Shown in pieces: positions 22,701 to 35,103 of a stretch of DNA of 64,000 bases; the first letter of the stretch is position 1, and each line of letters starts with the position of its first letter. This stretch comes from Octopus sinensis (Eukaryota), in assembly GCF_006345805.1 (NCBI RefSeq), contig NC_043000.1, forward strand, positions 109,740,001-109,804,000, given 5' to 3'. A model generated the notes under the pieces. It saw only the letters and a list, made by a program, of their open reading frames with translations. It did no database searches and was not told the DNA's origin. A program made the translations under genes and the position numbers.

Positions 22701-25591
22701 GGTGTTGTTATTCTCCTTTCTAGTCCTGTCAGGGGCCTTTTTTTTTCTTTCTTTTTTTTTTTTGTCTTGTGAAAATGGCTCATCTATTTTCTCAAGTTTT
22801 AGATTCTGATCTCTCAGCACAACTAATTGCCTGACAATAATCAAGCTTCTTTGAAAACACACACAGTATTAGATCTAGCACACAGATACTTAAACACAGA
22901 CACATACATTCACGTTCATGCACACACACTTGTACATTCCTGCAACATATGTGTATACATACACTCACTCAAATGCACATATGCGCATACATTTACTTAC
23001 AACACATACACACACACGCAAACACAAAGGGAATACATACTAGCAAGAAATACATATCATACATAAACACACACACATCCAAACACATACACAAATACTC
23101 TTTTGTGCACACACACACACACACAATTATGTGGAACAATGAAGATTTTCTTTCCTTATTCTAAGAGGCTTGTGTTTGACTAAGATTCTTGTACCATAGT
23201 TTTCTCTTTGTTCAAAATTTCTAGTGTTTACAGAAGTAGTTCTTACCTAGATTCTGGTTACATACAAAGACTACTAACATGTTGGGTTTTTACTGTTTTT
23301 AGTTACCTAGGCAACCTGATATGTAGCTAAAAAAAAATATAAATAGACAAAACAAAATTATACAACATGGAAGCTGGCAATGATCTGTGTTAGCAATGTA
23401 ATTGCTTGCTTTTCCATGCTGTCATGGGTTGGCAAGGGACTTATTTGAAACAGTACTTTACAACTGAGTGCTCTTCCTGTTGCCAACCTATACCTACTTT
23501 TTTTTTCTAGTTAAGGATATTTTTTAACATTCTGTTGATTTTCAAGGGTTTTGAGCAACCAATCATAATGTCTACATTGAATATAAACATCTTTGTGTTG
23601 CTCAAGCCAGTAACAAGCAAGTTTGTCGGGTGTCAACATTCACACACAACGACCATCATCATCATCATTATCATCATCATTATTTAATGTCTGTGTTCCA
23701 CACGGGTTAAATGGTTTGGAATCCAATAAGTCCAAGGACCCCATCCTGCTCTATTGTCTGCTTTAGCATGGTTTCTGTACATGAAGGCCCTTCTTAATGC
23801 CAACCACTTTATGGCATGTACAGCAGAAGTGTTAAGACTGGTCCCTCTGGTAGTGATAAGCACTTGTGGAAGCACCATGCAGACCCTGTAAAAGGGTTGG
23901 CATTAGGAAGGGCATCCAGCGATAGAGACCATGCCAAAACAGACAGCTGGAGCCTGTTGCAGCTTGCCAGTTGTGGTCAGACCGTTCAACCCATACCAGA
24001 ATGGACAATGGACATTAAATGATGATGATGATTATGATGACAATGAGTGCTCTTTTCGTGCTACCAGCACTTGTGAGGTCACCATGCAAATCACATAATC
24101 ACATAATCCCTGTGAATGGATTTGCTAGGCAGGATCTGAAATAAGGATATCATATATATGTACATCTGTGTTGTGTATGAGTGTGTATGTGTCTAAATCT
24201 GTGAGTTTGTGTGTGTTTTTGAGTCTCCTTATCTTGTCATTGTGCAATAATTGTAAATGAGAGTCACTGACATACAAGCAGGGTCATTTGTTTCCAGTAT
24301 TGTGTAAAAACATGTCTGGTGATGGGGGAAATATTGCCTTGCTTGGAAAGGGATGAGTTTCAGCACCAGGAAGAGCATCCATCCATAGATAATCTGCCTC
24401 AATAAACTCCTTTAAGCCATGCAATCATGGGAAAGTGGACATTAAAAGAACGATGATGATGATGATGATGATGATGTTACAAACTGGCACAGTGTGGTAT
24501 TGTATATATTTCCGTATAATGCACATTAACATGGTCTTCATAATTGAAATAAAATAATGTTTTCTTCTTGAGCCATGCCAGGTTCGATGGCGTATATGTT
24601 CTCCACCTGGACGGTTCGATGGCCAGTCACAGGGTTACTCATTTTTGCCTGCTGAGTGGACTGGAGCGAAATGAAATGAAGTGTTTTGCTCAAGAAGACA
24701 CCGCATCGCCCAGTCCAGGAATCAAAACCGCAATCTAATGATCATGAGCCCAAAACCCTACCCACTAAGCCACATGCTCCACTTGGTCTCTTTAATTGCA
24801 GACAAGGAAATCCTGGCAGAAATATCTCTTGTGTGTAAAGTATCTGTTGACTTCCCTTCAGTGTTGCACTGGCCTTATTACAATTGCTATGTAAACGACA
24901 TTGATAAGGTACTGCTGCAGCATGACATGGTCCAATGACTGAAATAATTAAAAGATCAGAGATAGATATATATATCCTGTATGAAAGCAGAAGCAGCCTC
25001 TAAAGTGAATCCGGTATTTTATGAAGGCCATAAAAATACTGTTAATGTTGTGGTAATAACATGTTTTCTTAGAAATTGTACAGATTCTATTGAAATAAAT
25101 CATCGTCGTCATCATCATTGTCATTTAACATCCATTTCTCATGCTGGTATGGGTTGGACACTTTGACTGAGGTTTGGAGAACCAGCAGCTGCACCAGGCC
25201 CCAATCTGTTCTGGCAAGGTTTCTACAGCTGGATGCCCTTCTTAACACCAACCACTCTGTGAATGTAGTGGGTGTTTTTTTATGTGCCACCAGCACGGGA
25301 GCCAGTCAGGCAGTACTGGCATTGACCATGTTCAGATGGTGCCTTTTACATGCCACCGGCACAGGAGCCAGTGGGGGGGGGGGGCTGGCATTGCCCACGT
25401 TCGGATGGTGTTTTTTTATGTGCCACCGGCACAGGGAGCCAGTCAGGCTGCACTGGCATCAACCCAAGCTTGAATGGTGCTTATTACGTGCCACCAGCTC
25501 GGGTGCCAGTCAGGCAGCGCTGGCATCAGCCACAACTACAATTTCCATTTTGATTTCGATCAATTTGCTTTTGATTTTGACATTTATAAAT

Positions 25592-25962
25592 TCTTTTATG
25601 TTTTCCTTGTTTCAGTCATTAGACTGTGGCCATGCTGGGGCACTGCCTTGAAGCATTTTTAGTCAAATGAATTGACCCCTGCACTTTTTTTTTAAGCTTG
25701 AGACTTACTCTATCAGTCACTTTTGCTGAACCACTAAGTTACAGCGATGTAAACACACCAACACTGGTTGTCAAGAGGTGGTGAGGGACAAACACACATA
25801 CATGATGGGCTTCTTACAGTTTCCGTCTATCCTATCCACTCACAAGACTTTAGCCTGAGGCTATAATTGAAGACACTTGCCCAAAGTGTCACACAGTGGG
25901 ATTGAAACCAGAACCATGTGGTTGAGAAGCAAGTTTCTCAGCACACAGCCACACCTGTGCCT
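25592..25962 (-). mobile_element. SINE family A copy
   Basis: Reverse complement is collinear with the family consensus. Confidence 0.75.
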
Positions 25963-26319
25963 ATAAATTGTCGACAAAGGACAGTCTTGTTGTAAATTGT
26001 TTGTCGTTAAGGAGTGGAAGAATAAAGAAGGGATATCAGTGACATGGTTATGATTCAGTTATTTTTTCTTTAGTTCATTATTGTTTTTAATGTCCACTTT
26101 TCCACTCTAGTGTGGGTCACATGAATTTTGTTCTGCTGGACGCTCTTCCCATTGCCAACCATCACCTGTTTCCAAGTGAGGTAAATTTTTCCACCCCTCC
26201 CCCGTTACCAGACATGCTTTTGGGAACAAGTGACACTGCTTACATGACAGTCATACTCGTTTAGAACTCTTACACGGAGTCAAGGTAAGGAGACAGTAAC
26301 ACACACACATCATCATTAT

Positions 26320-26860
26320 CATCATCGCTTAACATCTGCTTTCCATGCTGGCATGGGTTGGACGATTTTGACAGAGGGCTGGCAAACCAGATGGGTGCAC
26401 CAGGTTTCAATCTTGATCTGGCAGAGTTTCTACAGCTGGATGCACTTCCTAACGCCAACCACTCCGAGAGTGTGGTGGGTGCTTTTTACATTCCACCAGC
26501 ACGGGGCCAGTCAGGCGGTATTGGTAACGACCTCGCTCAAATTTTTTACACATGCCACCGGCACAGGTGCCAGTAAGGTGATGCTAGTTATGATCGCGCT
26601 CGAATGGTGTCTTTTACATGCAACCGGCACTGAGGCCAGATAGCCACTCTGGCAACGATCAGGCTCGGATGGTGCTCTTAACACCCTACTAGCACGGGGC
26701 TCAAGTGCCAGTAAGGTGATGCTGGCAATGATCACGCTCGAATGGTGCCTTTTAAGTGCCACTGGCATGGAAGCCGGTTAGCCGCTCTGTCAATGATCAC
26801 ACTCGTATGGTGCTCTTTGCACCCCACTAGCACGGACGCCAGTAAAGAAATGCTACCAAG
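26320..26860 (-). mobile_element. RTE 3'UTR copy with expanded ~60-bp tandem array
   Basis: (CAT)n tail at ~26310-26326, then the conserved tail, then about six degenerate units containing GCACGGxGCCAGT...ATGGTGCxTTTTA. A similar copy lies at ~25095-25560. Confidence 0.78.
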
Positions 26861-27856
26861 CCTTTTGTCTGATGTGCTGACAATTCTGCCAACTTGCTGC
26901 TGTGTAGAATATCTTGCATGGAAGGCCAACTTAAATACAGAAGATAATGTCAAAGCTGGAAAGAAATGAAGCATCAATGGCAGGGCATAAATCAGCTGAA
27001 AGGAAAACCAAGAGGAATCAGATGTCATTCGCCAAAGAGAACAATGCTAATAGGGATGTGGAGGGGGAGGAGCATAGGAAGAACAAAGCTAATAGAGATG
27101 GGGGTGGGCACAGGAAGAATAAAAACAGTTCCTGCTCATTGCTAAACTTCCAAAGACTGCTTTATGAAAAAGAGAAAAGAGAGAGAGAAATTCTTGTGAT
27201 TCAGAAAAACTTAAAGTTATAGAATTGTTTAGCTGTTGTTTCTTAGTTCAAGAACTTAATATGGAGCAGATTTACTGATTAATATTGGTTAGGGTGGTAG
27301 AATCCTTATGGCACTGGCTTGGCAGCATTTCTTGCAGTTCTTTACAATCAACTTTACCTTTCATCTTTTCAGGGTCAAAATAATAAGGTACCAATCAAGC
27401 ACTGGGGGTCAATGAAATGGACTTCCCATCATCCCATCAAAATTGCAGGCCTTGTGGCCAAATTTAAAACAATTATTACTATTGGTTGATTGGTCATTTG
27501 GCTGGTTGATTGGCTGGCTGGCTGGTTGGTTGGCTGGCTGGCTGGCTGGCTGGTTGGCTGGTTCTGATTTTTGTATGGTTGTTATTGAACTATTATAGTT
27601 GCAGCAACAACAACAGGTAGCAGTGTTGATAAAATTAGATCAAGCAATGGTTGATCTTTGTGACATTTCTCTGCTGTTTACTAGAGCTGTGTCAACTTCC
27701 TGTCTTCATTCAGTTTACACACACACACACATACACACATGTATATATATAGCCTCTATTTGTATTTAGTTGTTACACACTTCATTGTTGTTATTGTTGA
27801 CAATGTTATCATGGAATAGTTGCTATCGTTAAATAACATTGACTTAGAGCTGGCTC

Positions 27857-27889
<33 letters not shown>

Positions 27890-27950
27890 TGAAGTAGATT
27901 TGTTTAAATTTTTTTTCCTTTTCTTCAGTCTCACTCATTGCCAACAGATT

Positions 27951-27987
<37 letters not shown>

Positions 27988-28915
27988 CCCCCCCCCTGAA
28001 ATATCTCTAAAAGTCTCTACTACGATCTCCAAATAAAAGATTTCAAACTGGTGCCATCACGTTTCATTGCAATGTTTGTTCGGTTTCTGAAAGCCTCAGC
28101 TAAGTCAGCCCTGCTAACTGTTCCCTTCTGGTGACGGCCTGTGCCATCTTCAGCCAGGTGTTACGGAAACAGCTGCACTGGAGAGGGGGCAGGAAACCTA
28201 TGGGTCCATAAATTTTTAGTGAGAGGGCATATTGGAATATTTTGATGAGAGAGCCATTTCTTCGAAGCACGCACGACACTGAGGTCCTTGACCGCTTCTT
28301 AAATATATGACACTGGTGACAGATGGATTAGTGAGGTCACTACCAACCCTCTGTTGCTTTATTCAAAAACTAAAAAACAAAAATTAAATAAAGCAGAAAA
28401 TATTTCCTCAAAGTACAGGCATGGCTGTGTGGTTAATAAACTTGCTCTGCAGCCACATGATTTGAGGTTTCAATCCCACTCTGAAGCACCTGGGGCAAGT
28501 GTCTCCTATGATAGGCCTGGGTATATATAAATAAGTTAAAAGATATATTAACCTCTTAAAGGGAATATTACAGCCAAAAAAACACTGGTTCTATACTGTA
28601 TGTCTTTGGAAAATAAAATTTCCCTAAATCAATAAGTATATATTAAGTATATAATTCGTATTAAGAGAAGAAAATGGAGAATTATTGGTGAGGGGTTAGT
28701 CTGCCAGAATGAACAGATTGGTCAACATGTAATTTTTAAATGTCTAACTTTTCCCTGATGATATTTTTCTCATAACTTATAAATGCAAATTTGATGCATA
28801 AATTTGTAATTTATACAATGAGTATAAATGGAAACAGCTGTAGGAAGAAATGATTGTCAATTTATTAATAAATATTAACCACTAACTCTCCTTTATCTTC
28901 TCTTAATTTAATACA

Positions 28916-28967
<52 letters not shown>

Positions 28968-28969
<2 letters not shown>

Positions 28970-29250
28970 CATGGCTTAGTGGTTGGGGAAATCGACTTAC
29001 AATCATACAGCCGGGAATTTGATTCCCAGTGGCACATTATGTCCTTGAGGTGTTCCAGTCCACTCAACTGGCAAAAATGTGTTGTACCTGTATTTCAAAG
29101 GGGCCAGCCTTGTCACATTCTGTGTCACACTGGAACTCCCTGAGAACTATGCTAAGGATACACACACCTGGAGTGCTCAGTCACTTGCACGTTAATTTCA
29201 TGAGCAATCTGTTCCATTAATTGGATCAACTGGAACCCTCATCATCATGT
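28968..29250 (+). mobile_element. tRNA-headed SINE, degenerate
   Basis: GGCATGGCTTAGTGGTT head and GAATTTGATTCCC B-box-like motif. The body is partly shared with ~17590-17660. Confidence 0.5.
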
Positions 29251-29564
29251 TTGAATTCACGATGCCACCGTTTTACAAGGTCATATGATGGGGCATCATC
29301 ACCATAAGTTACTTTCATTTCATCAAAAGTCTCCCGTGGTGTGCGTTCTTTCAAATACAAAAACCGGATCACTGCTCGACACTCAACAAGCTCCATTTCA
29401 CACTTGACTCGGTTCAAATACCTGTAAATCAGAAACCACAATTAGTTCAGAGCTGTAATTTTCCACTTAATCTATAAAGATATAAATGATTGCACATGCA
29501 AAATTTCAGCTAGATCAAACAACTGCAAGTGGGTCAGGGGCATTACTTATTGAACATCCCTCGT
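29250..29564 (-). mobile_element. Mariner element 5' fragment (TIR plus N-terminal HTH of transposase)
   Basis: Minus-strand end ACGAGGGATGTTCAATAAGTAATGCC resembles a mariner TIR. ATG at 29396 opens MELVECRAVIRFLYLKERTPRETFDEMKVTYGDDAPSYDLVKRWHREFK, a mariner HTH. Confidence 0.82.
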
Positions 29565-29575
29565 GTGTGTGTGTG

Positions 29576-29616
<41 letters not shown>

Positions 29617-29642
29617 TTTATTTAAAAGCAGCAGAAATATAA

Positions 29643-29690
29643 CAAAAGCTGTTACTCGGAGTTTCACGTTCCCATTCGTCAGACAATTTT
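29643..29690 (-). ncRNA. Minimal type I hammerhead ribozyme motif (inverted copy)
   Basis: Reverse complement reads aaaa-ttgt CUGACGA atg(ggaa)cgt GAAA ctccgag UA acag-c-ttttg, with the core intact. Confidence 0.68.
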
Positions 29691-29701
29691 TTTTGTTTTA
29701 A

Positions 29702-29750
29702 CAAAACTGTCTGATGAATGGGAACGTGAAACTCCGAGTAACAGCTTTTG
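29702..29750 (+). ncRNA. Minimal type I hammerhead ribozyme motif
   Basis: caaaa-ctgt CUGAUGA atg(ggaa)cgt GAAA ctccgag UA acag-c-ttttg. Stem I ctgt/acag plus caaaa/ttttg, 3-bp stem II, palindromic stem III, GUA cleavage triplet (cut after 29740). Activity is untested. Confidence 0.72.
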
Positions 29751-31914
29751 TTATATTTCTGCTAATTTTAAATAAAGCATATTACTCTACCTCTGGTATT
29801 TGAGTACTCTTTTTTCCACCTTCTTTCACATTTATGTGCTTACTCCAGTATATACATATATATATCAGGGACATGACGTCTAGGTAGGTAAAATTGGCAG
29901 TGCCTACTCTGAATAAAATAGAATGATAGTAACAGTTTCCTTTTATGGCAAAATATGCACCTAATTCAATAAAATTGTGAAGGTTACTCTGAATACTCTG
30001 CATAAAATGCAAATTATTATTATTTTTTTGTAGATTAGGTAAGCATAATTTGTCCCTGCCTTTCAATCTCAGTATCTAAGCTATGCCTAATACTGCTGTG
30101 GTTCACGTGTTGCATACATTCCTACATTTTCTTTACGTGCTATAGAGACAGATGTGAATCTGCCTCCAACTCAGTCATACACCTGTGTTTCACTTATTTT
30201 TGTGCGTTTTACTACGTAAACATTATCAACTGCCTACCCTGAGTAATTACTGACAGCACTTACCTGATATATATATAATAATAATAATTTGAGGGAATAT
30301 TATTCCTAACTTACAGGGAAAAATTCAATTTAGAAATACTAAATCAACTTTCACAAAATATATAATGTATATATAAAAATTAGAAAAAAACCCACCTTTT
30401 ATCAATTCAAAATGAACAGTTAAATTACACCATCTAGAAAATATATTCTCAGAACTATAGAAGAGGACATTCCAGCCTGAAATTTTTGATGGGGGTTTAG
30501 TTGATTACATTGCCACCCCACCCCCGTCCCCTGCAAGGCTCAACTGGTACTTATTTTATTGACCTCGAAAGGATGAAAGACAAAGTCAATCTTGACAGAA
30601 TTCGAATGTAAAGACTGGTAAAATGTTTCTAAGCCTAATGTCAAGTGTACTCACAATTCCATCGAAACTAATAATAAAACTAATAATAAAGCCAAATTGA
30701 CAAAATTAGTGAGTAATAGCCCGACAAATAAGACACACCTTATCAATTATTGTGCTTCCTTTACAATTCACTGATTAATATTTTTTATTTTTTAATATAT
30801 TTTTACTCAGTGATGTATTGCCTTGTCATTCTTGAAATGAACTGAGATTAAAGTCTCTCTCTCTCTCTCAGCATGAAGTTAAGGTTATTAAAAGGCAAAC
30901 ATCATAAAATGTGACCCTACCATGAGCTGGGATCTATACTAACTTTCTCATGTGTATACTGCACCTTGAAAGAAGTCAGAAAATAATGATTAATTTATTT
31001 AAAATAAGTTTCTGTCACTTCTTACATACATTGGGCTCATCAAGTTTTGGCACAAGGCCAACATTTGTTGGGGGAGGTGGAGGGGAGGTAAGTCGATTAC
31101 ATCAACCCCCAGTACACGACTGGTACTTTATTTTATTGACGCCAAAAGGCAAAGTTGACCTCAGTGGAATTTGAACTCAGAATGTAATGATTGACAAAAT
31201 GCCACTAAGTGTTTTTCCTAGCTTGCCAACTATTCTGCCCGCTTGTCACTTTACCTCTTACATCATTTAACATCTGCTTTCCATGCTGGCATGGGTTGGA
31301 TGGTTTGACTGAGGTCTGGAGAGCCAGTGGCTGTGCCAGGCTCTAATTTGATCTAGTAATGTTTCTACAGCTGAGTGTTCTTCCTAATGCCAACCACTCA
31401 GCAGAGTGTAGTGGGTGCATTTTATGTGCCACTGGCACTGGAGCCAGTCAGGTGGTCCTGGCATTGGCCACGTTCGGATGGTGCTTTTTACGTGCCACCG
31501 GCACTGGAGCCAGTCAGGGGTTACTGGCATATATTATTAACTCATGGCATTAACCTCAACTCTTAGCTACAAATTTTCCAACTGAACTTTTAATTACTTT
31601 GTGGCGAGAGTCATTGACACCCCTGTTGGATTGGAAGAATGGACTAGCCAAACTCTTATAAAGAGTAGAATATTGATTGAGACGGGGAAGTTGTAGGAAT
31701 CGTTGAGAGTTTGTGGAAGTTGTAGGAGTTCTTTGAAATTGTTGAGTTTGTATTTATTGGAGTAATTTGAAGTACACCGTTTGAAAACAGTTCTGTCTAT
31801 TCCGCTTCATGAAAACTGTATATCCAATGTATAGAAGGATATAAAAAAATTGAGCATCTAGAAAGCAGAACTGGGGATTTTCAAACAAAACACGGACAAA
31901 ATGAGGTTATTACT

Positions 31915-32410
31915 GCTCCCTTAAACCCTTCACTCCCTAGGAAGGTTAGGCCATTCATGACTCTAATGACTTCGTGGTTCTCGACTCTTGGCTGTCTTTT
32001 CTGCTTTTCTCCCATTGGATCCCTGCTTTTTTCAGCTCTGCATCAATGTCCCACATCCAGCTATTTTTAGGGCACCCTCTCTTCTGCATTCCCTGTGGGT
32101 TGCAGGTCTGCACCTCATCATATGTTTCCCCCAAAGGAAGGCCTTCCTCTCCCAGGTCCTGTTGGTCTTAAATTATCATCATTGTTTCTGTCGTTTTCTT
32201 TTTCTTTTATTCTAAGTAGGGATGTTGGCCCTTTGTAAACCCATTTTCACCTTTGGGAAGAAGTGGTCCATATTAGCCTGGCCTCTGTCCTTTGACCTGT
32301 CCAGCATGAGGGACCCCACCAGGAGCTTGCTATCTGCTGACATGACTCTCATGTTCATTGAGGCATGCAAGCCACCACATCACAACAAGGACTAAACCTT
32401 GTGGTGGAAG
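31915..32410 (-). mobile_element. Internally deleted RTE-like LINE remnant (5'UTR-like segment joined to C-terminal coding segment)
   Basis: Minus 32410-32210 resembles RTE 5'UTRs as I recall them (CCTTGTTGTG...GGCTTGCATGCCTCAATGA...GACAGGTCAAAGG). Minus ~32110-31990 reads NPQGMQKRGCPKNSWMWDIDAELKKAGIQW, a PQGxRxRGRPK-type C-terminus. Confidence 0.5.
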
Positions 32411-34015
32411 GTGAGCCTTTTCCATTAGATGAAGTAGGGCAACAACACTTAGATATCCTAGAATAAGGGTCAATATCAACTGAGCCACTGAGGTGTCCTC
32501 TCTGGGCTGAGGACCTTTTCTAAAAACATTTCGTATTTTGTGTGTGTGTGTCCGTGTGTCCACCCCTGCTTGACAACCGGTGCTTGTTTATGTTCCTGGA
32601 ACTTAGCAACTCAGCAAAAGCGATTGATGGATATGTATTGGACTAAAAAAAAAACAGAACCGAGGTCAATTTGCTTGACTAAAACTCTTCAAGATATTGC
32701 CCCAGCATGGCCACAGTTAATGAGTAAAAGATAGAAGAGAGATCTTGTGAAACCCCCAAAAATTTTCATGGAACCAACTTTGAAAAACCCTGACCTAATG
32801 GAAATCAGGAATGACATTTATTGTCTTCCATGTAGACTATCAGTGTTGTTCAGGAGGAGGGGGTGCCATGGTTGGGTAAGGGTTGAACCCCCCTCACTCA
32901 GGGTATGCATCGTTTTAGTTTTCACAGCCACTGATTATAAAGGAAAAAAAGGACAAAAACAAACAAAAAAAACAAGTCATAAAAAAAGCTTGCTAAGTTA
33001 TAATTTAGACTCCAACTGAATGTAGCTTGCAGTCATTGCAAGGAAGACCTTACCATCATTATAGACACACACACACACACACACACACACTCTCTCTCTC
33101 ACATACACACATCTCACATACTCATTCACTCACACAAGCACACATGCTCGTCTCACACATCTCAAAAACATACACACCTCTCACATACATCACACACACA
33201 CACACACACAAACATGTACACACACACCTCCATGCCACTCCACCTCCCACCTTCCCCCTACATTTACTGGTTAATTTGCTGCTAGTTAATAATTCTAGAC
33301 AAGTTCTCCCAAATAGCTGGCATATTCCGTGTACACATCTCGGCTAATAAGACAGTACAAGTGACAGGACACATCTATAATTAGGAAAATATATTTGTTT
33401 CACGGAGAGCTGCAAGCTGCAGAGGCCAAACAGTACTGGAATCTTGACTCATGGGGTTATGGAATTGCATCATGCTGTAGGCATTATGACATGTTCTTTA
33501 ACAAGACATCTTTCTCTTCTTGTATTTATTTCAGCCAATCTGCTGACATGTGTTGTTGTGGTTTCCTTGTTCGTCACATTGAGAAGGCAATACCAAGAGT
33601 TATGTGTGCCCCCCACTACTCGTTTTCTTTTGTTTTTCATGAGCCTTGGGACCCATAAGGTTGGTTACTCAGTTTCCATGACAACAAGTGACCAACATCA
33701 CAACATTCTCTCACACACTCTCTCTCTCTCTTTCTATTTCTGCATACACTCAGGCTGGTGTCACATAAAAAGCACCCATGCTGGCACTACATAAACAGCA
33801 CAGGTGCTGGTGCCACAATAAAGAGCACCCAGTACGCTCTGTAGAGTGGTTGGTATTAGGAAGAGCATCCAGCCATAGCCACCATGCCAAAACGGACAAT
33901 TGGTCTCTGGTACAGTTCTCCAGCTTGCCAGCTCCTGTCAAACCATCCAACCCATGCCGGCATGGAAAACAGATGTTAAATTATGATGATGCATGTTGTG
34001 CTTCAGTGCAAGTGT

Positions 34016-34067
<52 letters not shown>

Positions 34068-35034
34068 CATATGCACATGTTTGCCACCAGCATTAAAAAG
34101 TCCTATCTCCAAACCAGGCTGAATATCCAGTGAGCCATGCCAAAGTGTTGACAGCCAAAACAGCTGCACCCAATCGGCTCGTTGAGATGTGGATGAACTA
34201 AAATGTTGCTGGTAGTGGCTGTTGAGTTAGCCCTGTGCTGTGTCAAAGTAATAAATCCTCCTTTTCCTACTTAACTGTTAACCCAGGCTGCTAAGATGAG
34301 GATAAAATCAGTTGCCTGCCAAACCTAATGTGTTTAATGCTGCTGATGGATGGGTGGGAAGTTACAGAACTGAATTTTCTGACATGATAATTGACTGTTA
34401 AACATTGAACTGAAGCCTGGTAACAGCGGCATTGCCATAGTGGTGTAGCTGTAAAAAAATTCTGTACAAATGGTAATACCATATCTGGTTTTAAGACCTA
34501 CATAGGCAAAAGTTTTAATCACCATATAAAATAGTTAATAACTCTGTCTGTGTGTGTAATGTCTGTGTACACATAGTTTGCCTTCTTGGAAGAAATACTT
34601 GCAAAATCCAGAACCGTCTAATACTACTATTATTATTATTAATAATAATAATATGTTTGTGTCTCTTATACTCAGGCAAGTGCAGCAGAACTTGATAGCT
34701 TTGGAATCGGTTCCTTCCATGTTGGTTGAGATTGGCCAACTTTCCACTGTCTGGAGTCCATGTGTTACCAGTCTTACACTAAAAGTTTCGACAAAACGTA
34801 CCAATTAAAATCTCAAGTTACCATTTCTTATTTACAATCAGTGGTGCTTCAACTGACTTCCTTTTCTCTTTTCTTTCTTTTTCTTATGGAAACACTCTCA
34901 TAATATTTCTCTTTCTCTCTCTCTCACAATATCAAATTTATTCTTAGTACTTACAATTTAAAGATCTTCAGAGATTAAGAAAACTATACTTGTGGCTGGT
35001 GTGTGTGTGTATATGTGTACATATACACACACAC

Positions 35035-35103
<69 letters not shown>

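Larger units (their letters stand above)
29616..29860. mobile_element. Penelope-like element terminal fragment with inverted arms
   Basis: 70-bp inverted arms (29616-29685 / 29708-29777, 3 mismatches) carrying the hammerhead motifs, abutting (TA)n. The PLE assignment is inferred from the minimal HHR plus inverted-terminus architecture; no PLE ORF is seen. Confidence 0.6.

Noticed and set aside
22535-23164. Lys/Glu-rich, Phe-rich and His/Thr-rich ORFs
   Set aside because: These are translations of low-complexity and (CA)n DNA, as are the many [12 protein letters not shown] ORFs elsewhere.
25118-25651. 177-aa ORF
   Set aside because: It is an antisense reading of an RTE 3'UTR tandem array; similar peptides recur at every such copy.
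26490-26860. Array of ~60-bp units superficially like a CRISPR
   Set aside because: Units are degenerate tandem copies without unique spacers, belong to the RTE 3'UTR, and no cas genes are present.
28105-28165. Minus-strand CTGAAGA with flanking stems
   Set aside because: No GAAA or stem III in the required position.
30257-30266. Strong minus-strand donor CAG|GTAAGTG
   Set aside because: The upstream sequence is microsatellite with no exon or acceptor support.
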